Position numbers and translations under genes: made by a program. From the NCBI GenBank assembly GCA_904063045.1, contig CAJFCJ010000027.1, positions 434,001 through 498,000 on the forward strand: a DNA stretch of 64,000 nt, read 5' to 3'. The DNA is from Dimorphilus gyrociliatus. Lineage: Eukaryota; Animalia; Annelida. The number at the start of each line of letters is the position of its first letter. Within the stretch, counting starts at the first letter, position 1. The notes beneath the pieces are model-generated. The model saw nothing but the letters and a program-made list of their open reading frames with translations. It had not been told where the DNA came from and made no database searches. This document shows, one piece after another, positions 24,533 to 35,678 of the stretch.

Positions 24533-27500
24533 AAGAAACGAAAGGGTAGCGAAAGAATAGCATTTCCCAATAGAATAAAAGGTTAAAACACGAAAGATGT
24601 TGTTAATAAGAGACTTGAATGCTTATTCAAACAAGCATCGTATTCAGAAATAATTTAATCAATCTTTAAAATGAAAAACTAATATATTGTCTAAATATAT
24701 ATATACTATATATATATATATTTATATATATATATAGGTACATCTCTAATTTGGTTTCCTACTTTCTTCCATTTTGATTGATTAGTTTTCTTATGCCAAA
24801 TTTATATCTTTAAAAGGTACAATATAAAACATTGTTTGGTTAAGAAAAATGAAAGTAATAAATTCTTTTTCCTTTATTTTTTTTGTTTCCTTCTCTCTCT
24901 CTCTCTCTTTCTCTCTTCTTTCTGATTTCTATATTCGAAAAAATATACAAGGAAAAATGATTTTCTACGTTTCTTTTTCTTTGCTTCATTTCGTCTACCC
25001 TTCTCTCTCTCTCTCTTTCTCTCTCTCTCTACTTCTTTTGTTTCTCACTAGTTTTTTATTATTCTTAAACTAATGAAAATGTGAAAAAAGAGAAATAAAA
25101 TAAATGATGATATGCTAAAGAGCATACTGTCTTACGCATTCTTCACTCTCTGCATATAAATGAGAACAAGATATGGCAATTGCAAAGAAATTGAAACCTT
25201 GAGTAAATTAGAAGTCTAGAACAGAAAGTGCACGTGATATTCATGTTTAAATACCTTGAAAACAATCGAAGCTATACTCCTCTCTCAATTAATAGCCTTT
25301 TAGAATGTTTCAATTCTATTCGATTATCGTTAAAAAATTTGCTCAAGTACTCAATTAAATCTAATACCTGATATTTTAATATTAAGATAGGCTAATAAAA
25401 TGATAGCAACGCTATCTCATTAAATATTTACTTTTAATATATTCCTTTGTCTTTTTTTGTTCTTTTCGATAAATAGAATCTGCTTTTGCAAGTTGAAACT
25501 TTTATTAATCGCCATATCTGTTTATTCGGAAGATGGAGAAGATTATCAAGTTGTGTTAAATGCAGGAATAGATTATATTATAGACAGAGATACTAAAGCT
25601 TTTTTCATATGTGAATCGGAAGAGGAAGTTAAACGGTTAGTATAATTAAATAATAGACAGAGAGAATCTTTATAGAATTGTACTGGTTTATTAAAAATAG
25701 AGCTCAAAATTTCTGCAAGCATTGTCATTGGTATGAGAAAAACATTCGAAAAATTGTTAAATGCAATTGCTCCAAGCAAGGTGAGCTTTGCATAAATTAT
25801 ATTCCATGATAAAATTCTTTTAAAAAAAAACCGATCGAAAATGCAGATAAATCGACAATTCCAGTAGCAACTTGTAAACAACAAGATTCTCCTTCTACGA
25901 CACCAACATCTGATAAGTCAGCTGATGATGTTCTACCAAATCCATACTGCAGACGTATTCAAATCGATATCACCAATCATTCGCGTTCGAATAGTCAGAG
26001 TCCGACTTCACCTGATGCCCCCGAAGTTTTCAAGTAATTAAATTGTTTGTTACATGCTGGGTGGTTTTCCTTCTTTCGCCCTTTGCCGTCTTTCAAATAT
26101 GAGGAAACCCTCCGAATGAGGACGCTTACTAATCAACCAAGCCCCTTTAGTGAAATACTGTTAATTAACAAAAATTACACTTCTTTCAACTATTTTCGTT
26201 CTATAATGAATTTTGAAGAAGATGACGCATTTCTCTATATAATGCCATTAAACGCTGAACGCCGTAGCAAATTTTCCCTCCTTTAATATTAACTTATTAC
26301 TGGACAAAGTTAACTTAATCAATTATCATTTAATTACCTTCTTTTCAGTTAACTTTAAATCTTATCTTGAAAGGGAATTGTGGTAAATTTTATTGATAAT
26401 ATTTCCCTTTGATGAATGAAATTCTGTATTTAACATAGTTTTTATCAGCGAAATGAGAAACTTTGCCTCTAAAAATAGAATATTTGCACCAAGAGAAACT
26501 CACTCTCTCTTTCTCTCTCTTTTTCACTCATATTTATCGGAAAAATAGGGAAAAATTAAGTCTTTCTTCCCACTTTTCCCGCCACCCGTCGTTTTATATA
26601 CCATAATAACTTAACGCCATCTATTAGAATTGATAACATAATGAAAGAAAGCGTTAATTGTTAGAGCCATTAATTTCTCATTACTGGTAATCGTTTTTAT
26701 TCCTATTCCAGTTCGACATTGAATACAAAGAGTTTATCTGCAATTGTTCCACATGTCCTTGCTCAAAAACGCCAACAACAAGAAGAAAGGAAAATGATTA
26801 AATGCGTTGAACATTTTGATTCAACCGGCTTATTTCATTGGTGTGATGAAAGAAAGTTCGAAGAGGCCGTTCTGGTAATAAATTCTCGTAACTCTTTCGA
26901 TTTTCTCCTATCATTTGTTCCTTTCATTTTTTTTTCTAGTCTCATAGAAAGAATAGAGATTTACTTAAGAAGTTGAACAAACATATAGTTGTTTGCTTGT
27001 TTGGCGATCACAAATCACCATTAATTGGTTTGTGCAATTTCGTCATGCCGCTCAGGGCTAGCAGCTTTAAGTTGGACGATGTGAAGACTATTGTATTTGT
27101 TGGTAATGAAGAGTATTTAAGAAAAGAATGGCATTCCTTGGAAAATTTTCCCGACGTTTATGTAAAACCGGTAAGAAAAAAAATCCTTGCTCAATTCAAT
27201 TATCCTGTATTAGCAATAATAGATACTCTTCTCTCTTTTCAGGGTTCACCTTTAAATAGAGCTGATTTAAGAACTATTAAGATAAACCAGTGCCATATGT
27301 GTGTAATATTAACAGCTAGCGATTGTCGATCGGACGATATAACCCTGGTCGACAAAGAAGCTATCCTTTGTTCTTTGAACATAAAGACGATGACATTTCA
27401 AAATGTTGCCGATGTTTGGAAATGCGCATCTCCCCGCCGAACCTTGGCAACTTTGGCCTTGCTTCGAGGTTTGTTTTATTTATAAAATATAAGAAAATAT

Positions 27501-27605
27501 AAAGAAAACTAATAAACATTTCTTTTTAATAAGTATATACCAAATTGATACTTGTGTATATAAGGCATTGAGTATGAATTTACTTACTCTCTGTTAAATC
27601 TATGA

Positions 27606-27645
<40 letters not shown>

Positions 27646-28802
27646 TATATATATATCTGACAGTTCATAAGAAATTTAACAATGAAGAAGAGGAAATTGA
27701 AAAGTTCGTAAAGCGGAAAATCAGTGGCTATATTAGTAAAACTAGTAATAGAAAAATAACAAAGTCGATAAGCGATGAGTTTTCAAACATTGTTAAGGAA
27801 AAGTGTAATCGAATTGCAGGTTGATAGTAAGAGAGATAGAAAGAAAGAGAGAGAGAGAAAAAAAGGAAGAAAATAATAAAAAAAAAACACTTGAAAAAAA
27901 AATATTTCTTTCTCTTTTTTTCTTTTGTTTGCTAAAAATCAACTAATAAATCACAGATTTTACCGCATTAACAAGTCTTTTTTAGCCTTTTTTTCCGTGC
28001 TTTTTCCGTTTTTAAATTACTTTTTTCTCCTAATCCTATTCATATTCTTTCATTTTCTGTTCGATTGTAGACGCCAGAAGCCTGACGCATCGACCTACAA
28101 CCGGGGCTTGCATTCCTATGATTACCGAGCTCGGTAAAGAAAATAGACATATACATATAATTAACTTTTTACACCTTTCTGGTTTAGGCTCTTTAGTTTA
28201 TTAATCAATTTTTTTTAACAGATAACGATATAAATGCTCAATTTTTGGACCAAGATGACGAAGATGACCCAGAGATGCCGCTTTATATGACTCAGCCTTT
28301 TGCGTGCGGAAGAGCCTTCGCTGCATCGGTTTTAGACTCGTTAATGAGTACAGTTAGTAGGCGTACTCTCTCACTCTTGATTAAGAGAATGATAATCATA
28401 AATTAAATCTTTATTTAGATGTTTTTTAATCCGGACGCAATGCACATAATTAGGTCATTGATAACTGGAGGTGCGACCAATGAATTTGATCATATAATGG
28501 CGGAAGGAGTCGGAGTCGTTAAAGGAGACTCTTCTAACGATTCTATTTTAACGAGAGATAGATGTAGAGTTGCTCAATTGACTCTGGAGGACAGCTACTT
28601 GGAACGCTATAGCTATAGCTCTTATGGAACTCTGTTTATCAAGGCTCTTCGCCATTATGGAATTCTTTGTTTAGGTCTTTATAGGCAGATAGATCCTCGA
28701 CCCTCAGCCGGATCATACAATAGATGCGTAGTGACAAATCCTCCCTCTGATTTTGCTTTATATCCGTCCGATAAGGTTCTATATTTTCAATATCCAAATT
28801 AA
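11789..28802 (+). CDS. slo: Slo1/BK large-conductance Ca2+-activated K+ channel alpha subunit (slowpoke/KCNMA1 family), divergent; 19 exons
   Basis: Exons 11789-12079, 12142-12203, 15652-15754, 16329-16440, 18766-19180, 20445-20555, 21219-21324, 21379-21681, 23642-23754, 25477-25635, 25701-25780, 25847-26033, 26712-26874, 26940-27170, 27243-27468, 27664-27819 (cassette), 28071-28133, 28222-28352, 28419-28802 total 3396 nt in one frame, all GT-AG. Motifs: S0, S4 RFLRALR, filter [12 protein letters not shown]1 ([31 protein letters not shown]), CKHCH, RCK2, calcium bowl [18 protein letters not shown]. Confidence 0.96.
12142..12203 (+). CDS. slo: slo exon 2 (S1)
   Basis: ccaag|[20 protein letters not shown]|GTAGG after a 62-nt intron. 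Confidence 0.9.
15451..15586. repeat. (TA)n tract interrupted by four CAG/CTG triplets
   Basis: CAG 15455, CTG 15546, CAG 15567, CAG 15580, each flanked by TA on both sides. Confidence 0.85.
15652..15754 (+). CDS. slo: slo exon 3 (S2)
   Basis: ttcaag|[34 protein letters not shown]|GTAAGA. Confidence 0.92.
16329..16440 (+). CDS. slo: slo exon 4 (S3)
   Basis: tttcag|[37 protein letters not shown]|GTAAAC. Confidence 0.93.
16745..16773. repeat. (GA)n microsatellite
   Basis: Pure GA tract. Confidence 0.9.
17101..17159. repeat. Compound (TA)n(GA)n microsatellite
   Basis: About 22 TA units directly followed by about 8 GA units. Confidence 0.92.
18766..19180 (+). CDS. slo: slo exon 5 (S4, S5, pore, S6, C-linker)
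   Basis: aacag|FRFLRALR...STVGYGD...[15 protein letters not shown]...|GTAGGA. Confidence 0.96.
19805..19836. repeat. (TA)n microsatellite
   Basis: Pure TA tract. Confidence 0.9.
20445..20555 (+). CDS. slo: slo exon 6 (RCK1 start)
   Basis: ttacag|[36 protein letters not shown]|GTAAAT. Confidence 0.94.
21219..21324 (+). CDS. slo: slo exon 7
   Basis: tttcag|[35 protein letters not shown]|GTAAGC. Confidence 0.94.
21379..21681 (+). CDS. slo: slo exon 8
   Basis: ttacag|[29 protein letters not shown]...[10 protein letters not shown]|GTTTGT. Confidence 0.95.
23642..23754 (+). CDS. slo: slo exon 9
   Basis: ttacag|[37 protein letters not shown]|GTAAGT; a different frame from the ORF-track ORF 23562-23762. 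Confidence 0.93.
24496..24529. repeat. (GA)n microsatellite
   Basis: Pure GA tract. Confidence 0.9.
25477..25635 (+). CDS. slo: slo exon 10
   Basis: aaatag|[13 protein letters not shown]...[13 protein letters not shown]|GTTAGT. Confidence 0.92.
25701..25780 (+). CDS. slo: slo exon 11 (CxxCH heme-binding motif)
   Basis: aaatag|[26 protein letters not shown]|GTGAGC. Confidence 0.9.
25847..26033 (+). CDS. slo: slo exon 12 (RCK1-RCK2 linker, Ser/Thr/Pro-rich)
   Basis: atgcag|[22 protein letters not shown]...[11 protein letters not shown]|GTAATT; phase 1-2 bridges the flanking exons. Confidence 0.8.
26712..26874 (+). CDS. slo: slo exon 13
   Basis: ttccag|STLNTK...[20 protein letters not shown]|GTAATA. 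Confidence 0.9.
26940..27170 (+). CDS. slo: slo exon 14 (RCK2)
   Basis: ttctag|SHRKNR...[27 protein letters not shown]...NFPDVYVKP|GTAAGA. Confidence 0.93.
27243..27468 (+). CDS. slo: slo exon 15
   Basis: tttcag|[10 protein letters not shown]...[16 protein letters not shown]...LALLR|GTTTGT. Confidence 0.92.
27608..27641. repeat. (TA)n microsatellite just 5' of the cassette-exon acceptor
   Basis: Pure TA tract ending about 20 nt before 27663. Confidence 0.9.
27664..27819 (+). CDS. slo: slo candidate cassette exon 16 (156 nt, phase 1-1)
   Basis: tgacag|...52 open codons...GCAG|GTTGAT; skipping preserves frame. Confidence 0.6.
28071..28133 (+). CDS. slo: slo exon 17
   Basis: ttgtag|[20 protein letters not shown]|GTAAAG. 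Confidence 0.9.
28222..28352 (+). CDS. slo: slo exon 18 (calcium bowl)
   Basis: taacag|[43 protein letters not shown]|GTTAGT. Confidence 0.96.
28419..28802 (+). CDS. slo: slo exon 19 (end of RCK2, stop)
   Basis: atttag|MFFNPDA...SLITGGAT...RDRCRVAQL...CLGLYR...VVTNPP...FQYPN*. Confidence 0.94.
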   Translation: MFFNPDAMHIIRSLITGGATNEFDHIMAEGVGVVKGDSSNDSILTRDRCRVAQLTLEDSYLERYSYSSYGTLFIKALRHYGILCLGLYRQIDPRPSAGSYNRCVVTNPPSDFALYPSDKVLYFQYPN

Positions 28803-30165
28803 AAAAAATAGTCTAAATAAATCTTTTGCCTCTTTCATTCTCGTATTTTAGGTTTTTTGCCTACTTCCTTACGAAACTAATAAAGATAATGCGAAGAAAG
28901 AAATTCGAAAAGAGTCTAACGACGAGATTGAATCAACCCAGTTATAAACGTTTCTTTATTCTTGTTTATATTTCTTTTCTTTTCCTTTCTTTTTGTTTTT
29001 TTTCTACAAATAACTGTTGTGGTGCTTCCAAAAAAAAGAGTAAAAAAAACATTATGTTAGTTAAGAAGAACAACGTTTAGCTGGCCTAAGGTTTTATTGA
29101 AATGTATGTATTCGTATAAATCTCTCTATGTATATCTATACTGTATATCTAGAGAGTATATGTATATTTGTATATAACTTTTGTAAGCAAAACAACGATT
29201 AATAAACAACGAAAATTCTGATTGTTAATTATGATTTTTCTATAGTTGAAAAATAAATAACCAAGAAAAAAAAAGATATTAAATTAATATTTCTTCTTTT
29301 TCATTAGTCTTTTTTTCTTTTTTATTAATTTCTGTCACTTTTTCAGTTTGTTGTTAAAGGAAGTATTTAATAGAAGAAGAAAAAGACAATGATAAAAGGA
29401 GGGGAAGAAGATGAATTTAATTAAATAAAGAAGAATGAAAAACATATAATAACAATAATAATAATAAAAAGGAATTAACTATTTTTCTCGATTATATTTT
29501 CTCATTGCTATACAAAAACGTTGCCTTTTCAACTTAACTGTCACCAATAGGCCTAAAAATGCATAAATATAGAATAATTTTGTCAAACGCCTTCGGTTTT
29601 TATTATTACTGTAGGATAGTCTCTTTTTAAAGCTTACTGCATACTGTATACAGTATATATATATATTCTTTCATTAAAAGGCATTTTGATGAGAATAAAG
29701 TCAACGACAGAAATAACAACCAGAAGCAATATTTCTCTATCAATAACTTTTAGAGTTTTCTTTTCAACATTCAATAAAATAAGCCTATATATTAAACTTA
29801 ACAATTGTGTTGAATGATTACTGTCTTAAATAGGTATAATTTCTCTATTCGTTTACCAATAGACAGATACAAGCATCGTTTGAATAATAATAGAAAAGAA
29901 ATTCAATACTGTAAATATAGCTATTTTATGAATAGAATAAAGCCTAATGTAGAATTTTTATATAAAGTGATAATTAACTTATCTTCTTAAAGATTATTCT
30001 TATTACTTGGTAATTTTTGTTGCGGGGCAATTTATATAATGAATGGTAACATTATTTTATAATAGAATATATAGAATAGACACTTTTTCTTCAATTTCCA
30101 TGTTTATCAAATATAACAATAACTACTGTCTTCGGTGCATTGTGTTGTATATACAGAATATACAG

Positions 30166-30197
<32 letters not shown>

Positions 30198-33100
30198 GCG
30201 CCATATTACTCTGTCATTCTTTCTTTTGCAAATGACATTTTTTAGACGAAGGAACACTTCGTTTCCCACTTTAATTTCCACTTATTGAAAGCAAACGGTA
30301 TGAAACTTGTAAATGATAGAATGCTATATTCTTATTCTATAATTATCTTATAGAAAGAATTATTCCTCGAATTCCTCTCTAACATTTCCTATTCAATTAT
30401 TTCCATTGAATGACTCTTGAAATTTAATTTATTCCTTTATCATCAACATTTTTATTACATCGACTTTTTATTTATTAATACATTCAAATCATCGACTTTA
30501 CAATATACACACATTTCTATAAATATATCTTTCTCTTAGACAACAGATGGCGATACGGTATAACAAAGTATTTGACGAGATTAGCAACCTTGGTTATAAT
30601 TTATACATAATTTGTAAGGGGAAAACTAATCTCATGGTTTAAATTAATTTTTAAATCAAGCGACTATTGGCTTTCAAAGAAAAAAATAGCTGTAAAATTT
30701 ATTAATACAAGTCTAAAAGGAAAACTTTAATATAAAGATTAAAGGATTGGGAAAAATGGCTATGAAAAGTTGAATCGATCACAGCTGATCGAAACATAAC
30801 TAATGATCTCGCAAGATTTTTATTTATGGCTGACAGTTTCCATTCCAATACGGTCGAAGAAAGGTCAAAATAAATGTTACGTGATTTAGAGTAAATCATA
30901 AAAGACTAAAGAGATTCTTATAGCAATTGTATTGGTGATATTAGAAACTTTTTGAATGGTTAATAAGGTAAAATAGAATAAAGAGAACAAAGATAGTTTA
31001 ATTAAAAAATGAAGAGAGAAGAGAAACATATGGAAAAATAAGAAAGTAAAGGAAAAGTTAATAAATTGAAAACAAACTTTCTCTTCTTTTCTATTTTACT
31101 ACAAAAGTAAAAGTACTTTGGAAATTAAAAGGTTAAACTGAAAAATGGCGATCGAAACAGGTGAACAAACAGATCAAACTCTTCCGCCTTGCATTTTCAG
31201 CCTAATCTAACCCTTTAACTGATTAAATCAATCGATTGAAGAGTTTATTTTGGCATGATTACTTTCCTTATCTAGAGAGCGTCATTGGAGCGTTGAGGTC
31301 AAAAATGACGATAACTTTTTTTTTGATATTGGCCAAACAAAAATATCAATTAACTAATTTAATAGTAATAACAATAATAGTAATAATCATAATAATAACA
31401 TTAAATGGTAATAATCTTAATCTCAATAATGAAAATAAATCCTTAATAATAATATCAAGAGCTTATACCTAAAAATATCGCCAGAATAAGGCATTTCTAA
31501 CTAAAGACTAGCTAAGGTGGTAGGAAATGAGAATATATCTATACTGTATATATATATATATATATATACTGTATAGTATATTTAAATAAATAAATAGAAT
31601 AGCTATATGATATTTTTTTTTTTGTATGGAACAAAAAAAATATTCTTTATCTAGTTCGAATAGTACAATTATTCTATACACGTACGATAGTCGCGTAGAT
31701 TTCGTTTACATACGGATTATAGAATTTCGCCTCAAGTTGCGGATGTTCGATTTAATTAGGCCTAATTAGAAAGGGTAGTTTGTTTTAGTATTTAGAAATT
31801 CAATAGTAACATATTGTACATGCTCAGTTTTTATATAAATTTATACATAGACACTCAGTATAGAGTATAGTTAGTGTATATGTATAATAAATAATAAGTA
31901 TCTTTGATGTATACAATATATATAAATATTTCTAAATTTTCTAAAGTAGACGATTTACAAGCTAAAGGGAAATCTCTTTATATTCATACAGTGAGTGTAC
32001 GTGCCGTATATAAATTTATAGATAAATTCCAACTAAATACGAGTTTATTAATAATAAATAAGTCTTTTATTTCTGAATATCTTGACCTATCTTATCCGTA
32101 AGATATTGCTAATAGTTTCTAATCGGATATTTTCAAGATTATTAAGGATTACTGTTTTTCTAAGGCGATAGATAGTATACTACAAAGAGGTAAATTCTAA
32201 AGGATAAACATATTTAAATAAGCAATTGTTATAATATGCTAATGAAAGAAAATAATATATACTAATTTGACCTTGCTTTGATGTTAAAAATAGGATGTGT
32301 TTTATTTTATTACTAGAAATTAATCCTATGCGAAAAAGTCATAAAAACTTTATTATTAATAGATTGTTATCCTATTCTTCTTCTGTTTTTATTTTCTATA
32401 GTAATCAACAATTTTTAATTTTTAGCTATGATTTAACTTGAATAGTTTTGTTCTTATCAAATTTCGTGGGAACGAAAGTGCCGAAATTTTATTATAAAGT
32501 CCTATAATTTTAAAAAAAAATGATAGCTAATCAATTTATGCCTTTTATTATAGTTGAACTTGTACTTATTTTCGGTAGCATGTGACATAATTGTGAACTA
32601 TGCTACAATCTTTAAATTGTAAACATGTTACATTATGTACTTTTATCAGCTGCTACTTAAAATAAGCCTATGAAGATTGAATTCTTTTTTAAAATACTCC
32701 CTCTTTTCTCCATATATACAGATTATTCTTTTCACTGCCTCCAGTCAGATAAAGTAGTTAATCTCCCCCATCTAGAGTGCTTCGTTTACTACTACACATT
32801 CCCCCTCCACCCTCCCCCGCCCCCTCCTATCAGTTTCTCTCTATACAAAATGGTATTAATTAAGAGAGGAAAATAAACTTCAACTAGAAAAAAAAACGAC
32901 TAACACTATTTTTCTGTTCGATTGTAAAAAAATCAATAATAAGCCTGGTCGTTAATACAAGCTTCTTTCAATTTTTTATTTTCAATACCTTTATAAAAAA
33001 TTAAGCAGAAGTTGTAAATTGAGAATCAGTATTTCTTGGGAAATAGTAATTAATCATACTTTTGTTTTCTTTATTTTGTCTTTTAATTTCCTTTCTAAAT

Positions 33101-34669
33101 GAAATAAAAATATACATTCAAATGTTTTCTATTCATTAAACGATAATAAATATTTAAAAATAGATTAAGTATTATACTTTTATTTTATTAGACTTTTTTT
33201 TTCTTCTTCTTCTTCTCTCTCTTTTCATTTAAATAGCAAAATATAAATACTTACTCAATCTTTGTTTTATATAGATAATCTGATAACGAAAGATCATGAT
33301 TGAATATAAAAATACATTACGCATATAAATAGTTTATCCATTAATACTATATATATTTGAAATATTTTACTAGCAAGGTCACTTTTAAATTGTTTAATTT
33401 AAAAAATATTATCTTATCGCTCGCATATGAACTGTGATTAACAGTTATTTTCTCATTCTAAAACTCTTATATTAGATAAAATATATTGTATAAGCTTTCA
33501 AAACGACATTGCTATATTATTTGTATATACAACCACAAGATGTCATATAAACTACTCTTTTAGAATGAAATCATTTATATTACTCTCTAACTTTTAACAG
33601 ACTAAGAAAGAGTTTTAAAAGCGTATATCTGACATTACTTTTGTATTAAATTCATGACAATTCACACGCAAAGGTAACTTAATGTTTGTCTTCTATTTTC
33701 CCTCTTTTGTATTAAAGTAGAGCTAAATGTTTTATTTTTTTATTTTGTCGTTTCTTTTATTTGCTCGTTTAAAACAACGAAAAATATAAAGCCATAAAAT
33801 ATCCCATTAAAACCACCAAAGCCCCTAATCGTTCTATTCCAGAATTCGAACGCCCTCAAAGGCGTTGAAAGACGCCTGATTTGAATTGATAAAAGAGAGT
33901 TCTCCGTAAGAAAATTCTATTTCTAAGCTTCAAGAAACATTAAGCTTGAAGTAAGTTTAATGTTTTAAAATTTCTTTATATTTTATTCAATAATCCATTT
34001 TTTACGCAATCAGAAGCTAAAGCGTCTCCACTAATTTATCGATTCATTTTTCCCTACTAAGAACGTCTAACTTATCTAGAGGGATTCTCTTTTTTATTGA
34101 AGTAGGTCGTTGATGGAAGGGCATTATATTGAAATCAAATTTCCCAACATTTTAGCAAGAAACGCCTTATTTACATAACCTTTGGGAGCGTTACATTAGT
34201 GTTAGATGAAGTAGAAGAAGTAAAAAGAATAAAGAAGAAGTAACACGAGTATTTTAAATTGTGTAACAAAAACAACTGTCGGGTATGACTTCCTGACCCA
34301 TTTATTTCACTTTGAATAAAGTTGAAAAAAAAACTAAATTGTCTTTCCTTTAATTTGTTTGTTTGGCTTTTGTTTGTTTGTTTTGTTGTTGCTGTTTTTT
34401 TTCTTTCATAATGAAAATCTAATACATTGCAGAGGATTATTCTACACATCGTGATAAAGTTTTTATTCCCATTCGCAGGGCTAGAAAACCGTGGGAGGGT
34501 TTTTTTTTAAAACAAAGAAAAGAAAAAAAAAACAATGGCACAAAAATAAAAATTAAAAAAAAATGATTAGTCCTTCATCACCCTTTTCAAGTTGAGGAAC
34601 CTAAAGTCGCGTCACTTGGTGGCGCCTGCGTCTCCAATTTAGAGGTAGATTGGAATTGAAGGTTGTCTA

Positions 34670-34870
34670 TCATGCAGGATTATCGCCGACTACGTCGACA
34701 GTTGCCTCCTCTAGCGATTCGTCCTTAGGCCTTAGGGAGATACATACATCCCCAATGTTTAAACCGTCGCACAATAGACCATAACGACGTAAGGTCGCTT
34801 GAGGATCGTGGGATGACCAGCCTTTTTTCAGCACAAAAAATGGATGTTCTATTGCCGCCAGTACTCTAAC
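34670..34870 (-). CDS. Atx-1: Ataxin-1 last coding exon (C-terminal half of AXH)
   Basis: 201 nt, phase 0, ends TGA followed by TAG. Confidence 0.93.
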   Translation of the reverse strand, partial: VRVLAAIEHPFFVLKKGWSSHDPQATLRRYGLLCDGLNIGDVCISLRPKDESLEEATVDVVGDNPA

Positions 34871-35678
34871 CTGTAGATTTATTCATCTAAAATTAGAAAT
34901 GATAGCTATACGAATAATATGACCTAAGATCTCTTTATTAAAAAAACACTGTTCTCTTTTTTCACTGTATTGTACGTTATAAAAACCTGCAGTCGATCAG
35001 TTTTGAATTTCCGATTAACCTTGACCAAAATCTAATCTAGGATGATCGACCGTAGAACGAACTGAAATGACGTATATATTTTCAGGGGGACATCGGATAA
35101 CTGCCCCAACGGATAGAAGAATAGAAAGAATTTTCTTCATTTTATCTTTTTGTTTTTTTTTCCATCTCTCCTTCATTTTTAATGAATTAATAATACAGTA
35201 CTTAATTCTAATAAGATAATAAAAAGCTTACCTCAATCATACTCTTTCCTACCCCAAATACTAATTGGATGACATTAGATTGATGGACTCGTTCAATTTT
35301 TAAAAGTGTAGAAGTGTCTAGATGAAATTCGTTGGATAATTCTGCGCTCTTTCGTAAATCCTCTTCTCTTAAATCTTCTACCCGAGTCAGACTTCCGTCG
35401 GCTAATTCGATAATAGAACCCTTCCGAAAGTGAGCCGGATACAAATCAGTCGAATCATCATTTTGGACTGGCCTATGTACATTTCTATTAAGAGGAGGAT
35501 GAGCCGGGACTGGATATGGTCTGTCTAATCGTCTATGAGCCGGGTTGACATAGCCGAGTAGATTCAGGTCGTTATAGAAGTGTGGTGGAACAATAGTTTG
35601 CAGGTAGTAATTTGGTATGGTCACGTGACAATCCGGGTTGCGGCGCATGTGCGAATCTGGCGTCCTTGTAGGTAACAT
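34670..35678 (-). CDS. Atx-1: Ataxin-1-like protein, AXH domain only, no polyQ; 2 coding exons, 215 aa
   Basis: Exon 35678-35232 (...LYPAHFRKGSIIELADGSLTRVEDLREED...VFGVGKSMIE|GTAAGC) plus exon 34870-34670 (ctacag|VRVLAAIEHPFFVLKKGWSSHDPQATLRRYGLLCDGLNIGDVCISL...PA*). FxKGSIIxLAxG, EHPFFV, GWSS and GDVCISL are AXH hallmarks. The second exon is missing from the ORF track. Confidence 0.93.

Noticed and set aside
26047-26286. 79-aa plus ORF in the slo RCK1-RCK2 linker intron as a STREX-like insert
   Set aside because: No phase-2 donor found that would keep it in frame with exon 13.
32268-33381. Two FTZ-F1-type half-sites (TGACCTTGC 32268, GCAAGGTCA 33373)
   Set aside because: One or two such 8-9-mers are expected in 64 kb; no clustering.
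33851-33876. About 20/26 similarity to 11687-11710 (CGCCCT...TTG..AGACGCC) in the slo 5' region
   Set aside because: Short, gapped and only two copies; could be chance between GC-rich patches.
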